Of a DNA stretch of 64,000 nucleotides, positions 62,122 through 64,000 are shown piece by piece. Position 1 is the stretch's first letter; each line of letters begins with the position of its first letter. Below the pieces are notes generated by a model, which ran no database searches, was not told the DNA's origin, and saw only the letters and a list, made by a program, of their open reading frames with translations. Source of the DNA: Paraphysomonas bandaiensis. Its lineage: Eukaryota > Protista > Chrysophyceae. The position numbers were made by a program, and so were the translations under genes. The DNA is taken from NCBI GenBank assembly GCA_965644295.1, contig CBFFRP010000019.1:224170-288169 (forward strand). The letters run 5' to 3'.

Positions 62122-64000
62122 ATGAGTTCGGAAGAAGAGGTTCCGAACATTATGGAGTTCCTTCAGCAGCGGTTTGCTGAACAAAATGAACAGTTTGCTG
62201 AACAAAAGCAGCAGTATGCTGAACAACAAGAGCAGCTGAACAAGCGTTTTGAGTCTATTGATCTTCATTTCGAAATGTTTGACCAAAGGTTGCAGCAGCT
62301 GGAGTCTCGACGTTCCTCAAGAAAAGCCACTCCAGCTAATTCGGAAGTAGATTTTGGAGGGGAGATATCCCAGATTGATGAAGAGGTGACACATCAAATC
62401 GAAGAAGTTCAACAGCAAGAAGAACAAGCTGGAGGACAAGTACATGAACAGCAATATATAGACTCAGATCTACTTCAGACCAGAATCGAGGACGCAGTCC
62501 AACAGGCCGTGCTCAACGCAACGCAGGTATTGAGAGAGGAAGAGCAGCCTAGGAGGAGGAATGTTAGGAGACAGACTATTCAAGAAGCGCTAAGGCAGGC
62601 CGACGAAGACAGGACTAGTCAGGTCGTATTGACTCAACAGGATAATTCATACTTGAAGATCCAATTGACAGAAATTACTTTAGACGGCTTCATGACGTTT
62701 ATGGAGAAGATTGCTGAGTATGAAAAACGGAATTATAATAGAGCGGTCCCTTCAGTGTACAGTTTGCTGAAAGATCGAGCAAGGGACATGGTTCGTCATA
62801 CCCTGCGACGCATGAATCCAACAGAATTCCCTACATACTTGGAGTGTACTGATGCTAGGATCACACATATCATTGAGGCAGTTAAACGTTTATTTAAACC
62901 TTTGGACGTAATGGCATTCAACAAAATATTGTACAAATCTTGCAAAGCATACAAGGTCAATATGGAGAGACTGGAGGATTTCAGGAAAGCTGATGAAGAT
63001 ATATGTATTCTCGAAACTAAGTTTATTCAGAGATACGACTTCTTGGTGGATGCAGCAAAAGTAAATCACTTGACTTTGAGTATACCTCTAACTACCACCA
63101 AACGAGGTGGGTCACTGGAAGTCTGGATGAGTTTGATACCACCTTGTATGAGAGATACCAGTAAGAGATTATTGAGAACAGAGAATTTCAACTCAGTGGA
63201 ATCATTCTTCGAAGAGTTTTTCGAACATCTAAGAGTAACAAGGGAGCTTTCTGAGAAGTATCAACAATTCAAGGGCAGGTTTAATTTCCAAACAAAGCCT
63301 CAATTGAATGCTGCAATATTGGCCATGATGGAGGAAGATGATTCGGATGAGAATGAGAAACAGACTAAGGAAAGTAACAATGATGCAAAGGATGATGACC
63401 TTAAGAGTGTGAATGAGGATGTGATGGCTGCAGAAGTTTACAAGAAGAGTCCATGCTTTAAGGAAATGAATGTAGAGGGTGGGTGCAAGGACAAGAGTTG
63501 CAAATTTTCTCATGATAAGGAAATTCTTAAAGATACCCTCCGAGCTATGAATGCCAGGTTTGGAATTAAGGAAATGCCGACTAGGACTTCGCCTTGGCCT
63601 CAACAAAGGACTCCGAAAGAGAGTGTTCCTTGGTACCAGAGGAAACTAGGAAACGAGAAAGGGGATGTGCGAATGCTTGTGCGAGAACAAGAGGACCAGG
63701 GAGACACAGATCCTATTGATGATCTTTGATCGGGTTCTACTTATCATGCTGCCCAGTTGTATAAGATGTCTACCAGCAAATACTGGAGAGCAGCACACAG
63801 AGAAGGGATTATAATAAATAATGATAATGATGAAATTGTAGTGGATGTAGCTTTATTCGACTCGGGATCGAGCAATGATAATTTTATTTCTAAGGAGTAT
63901 TTGGATGAAGTTGGAGAAAAGTTAAAAAAGCATTTAGTGGAAAGGCCAATTCGAGTGAGAGTAGCCAATGGTAAAGAAGTTCAGATAAAGGGATATGTTC
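62122..64000 (+). mobile_element. Gypsy-like LTR retrotransposon gag (62122-63729) and in-frame start of pol (aspartic protease)
   Basis: Coiled-coil gag with C-x9-C-x4-C-x3-H finger; after TGA the same frame gives VALFDSGSSNDNFIS..VRVANG; runs off window. Confidence 0.85.

Noticed and set aside
1-64000. Genome-wide UGA-to-sense reassignment
   Set aside because: UGA ends several genes at their expected C-termini (agmatinase, OTU, polycystin channel) and Trp is encoded by TGG throughout

Overview
Gene-dense eukaryotic (protist, probably stramenopile-like; this is inference) nuclear DNA with mostly short (~45-60 nt) GT-AG introns. It holds about 20 protein genes, including ELG1/ATAD5-like, LOG-family, TFIIIA-like, fatty-acid elongase, CDPK, WD40, agmatinase, two 2OG-Fe(II) oxygenases, hybrid histidine kinase, ankyrin, OTU, polycystin channel, DTW, VDAC and tandem SET genes. 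These are interspersed with hAT transposons/MITEs with 8-bp TSDs, a dispersed 5'-truncated retroelement family and the 5' end of a gypsy-like LTR element. The strongest unusual signal is UGA recoding that the ORF track hides. (1) A small FAM241/SelK-like membrane protein gene (minus, 17898-18295) has TWO in-frame UGA codons in a repeated S-U-x-P-R context, a stem-loop 7 nt after the second UGA, one textbook SECIS and a second plausible SECIS: a candidate new two-Sec selenoprotein. (2) A LOG-family gene has an internal in-frame UGA followed 6 nt later by a 12-bp hairpin, plus a borderline SECIS. (3) The LTR element's gag and pol are in frame and separated by a single UGA. Two unusual domain fusions are also present: ELG1/ATAD5 + IPT/TIG + bromodomain, and Vta1-like MIT + calcium-dependent kinase. 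All family calls come from motif recognition by eye; no searches were run.
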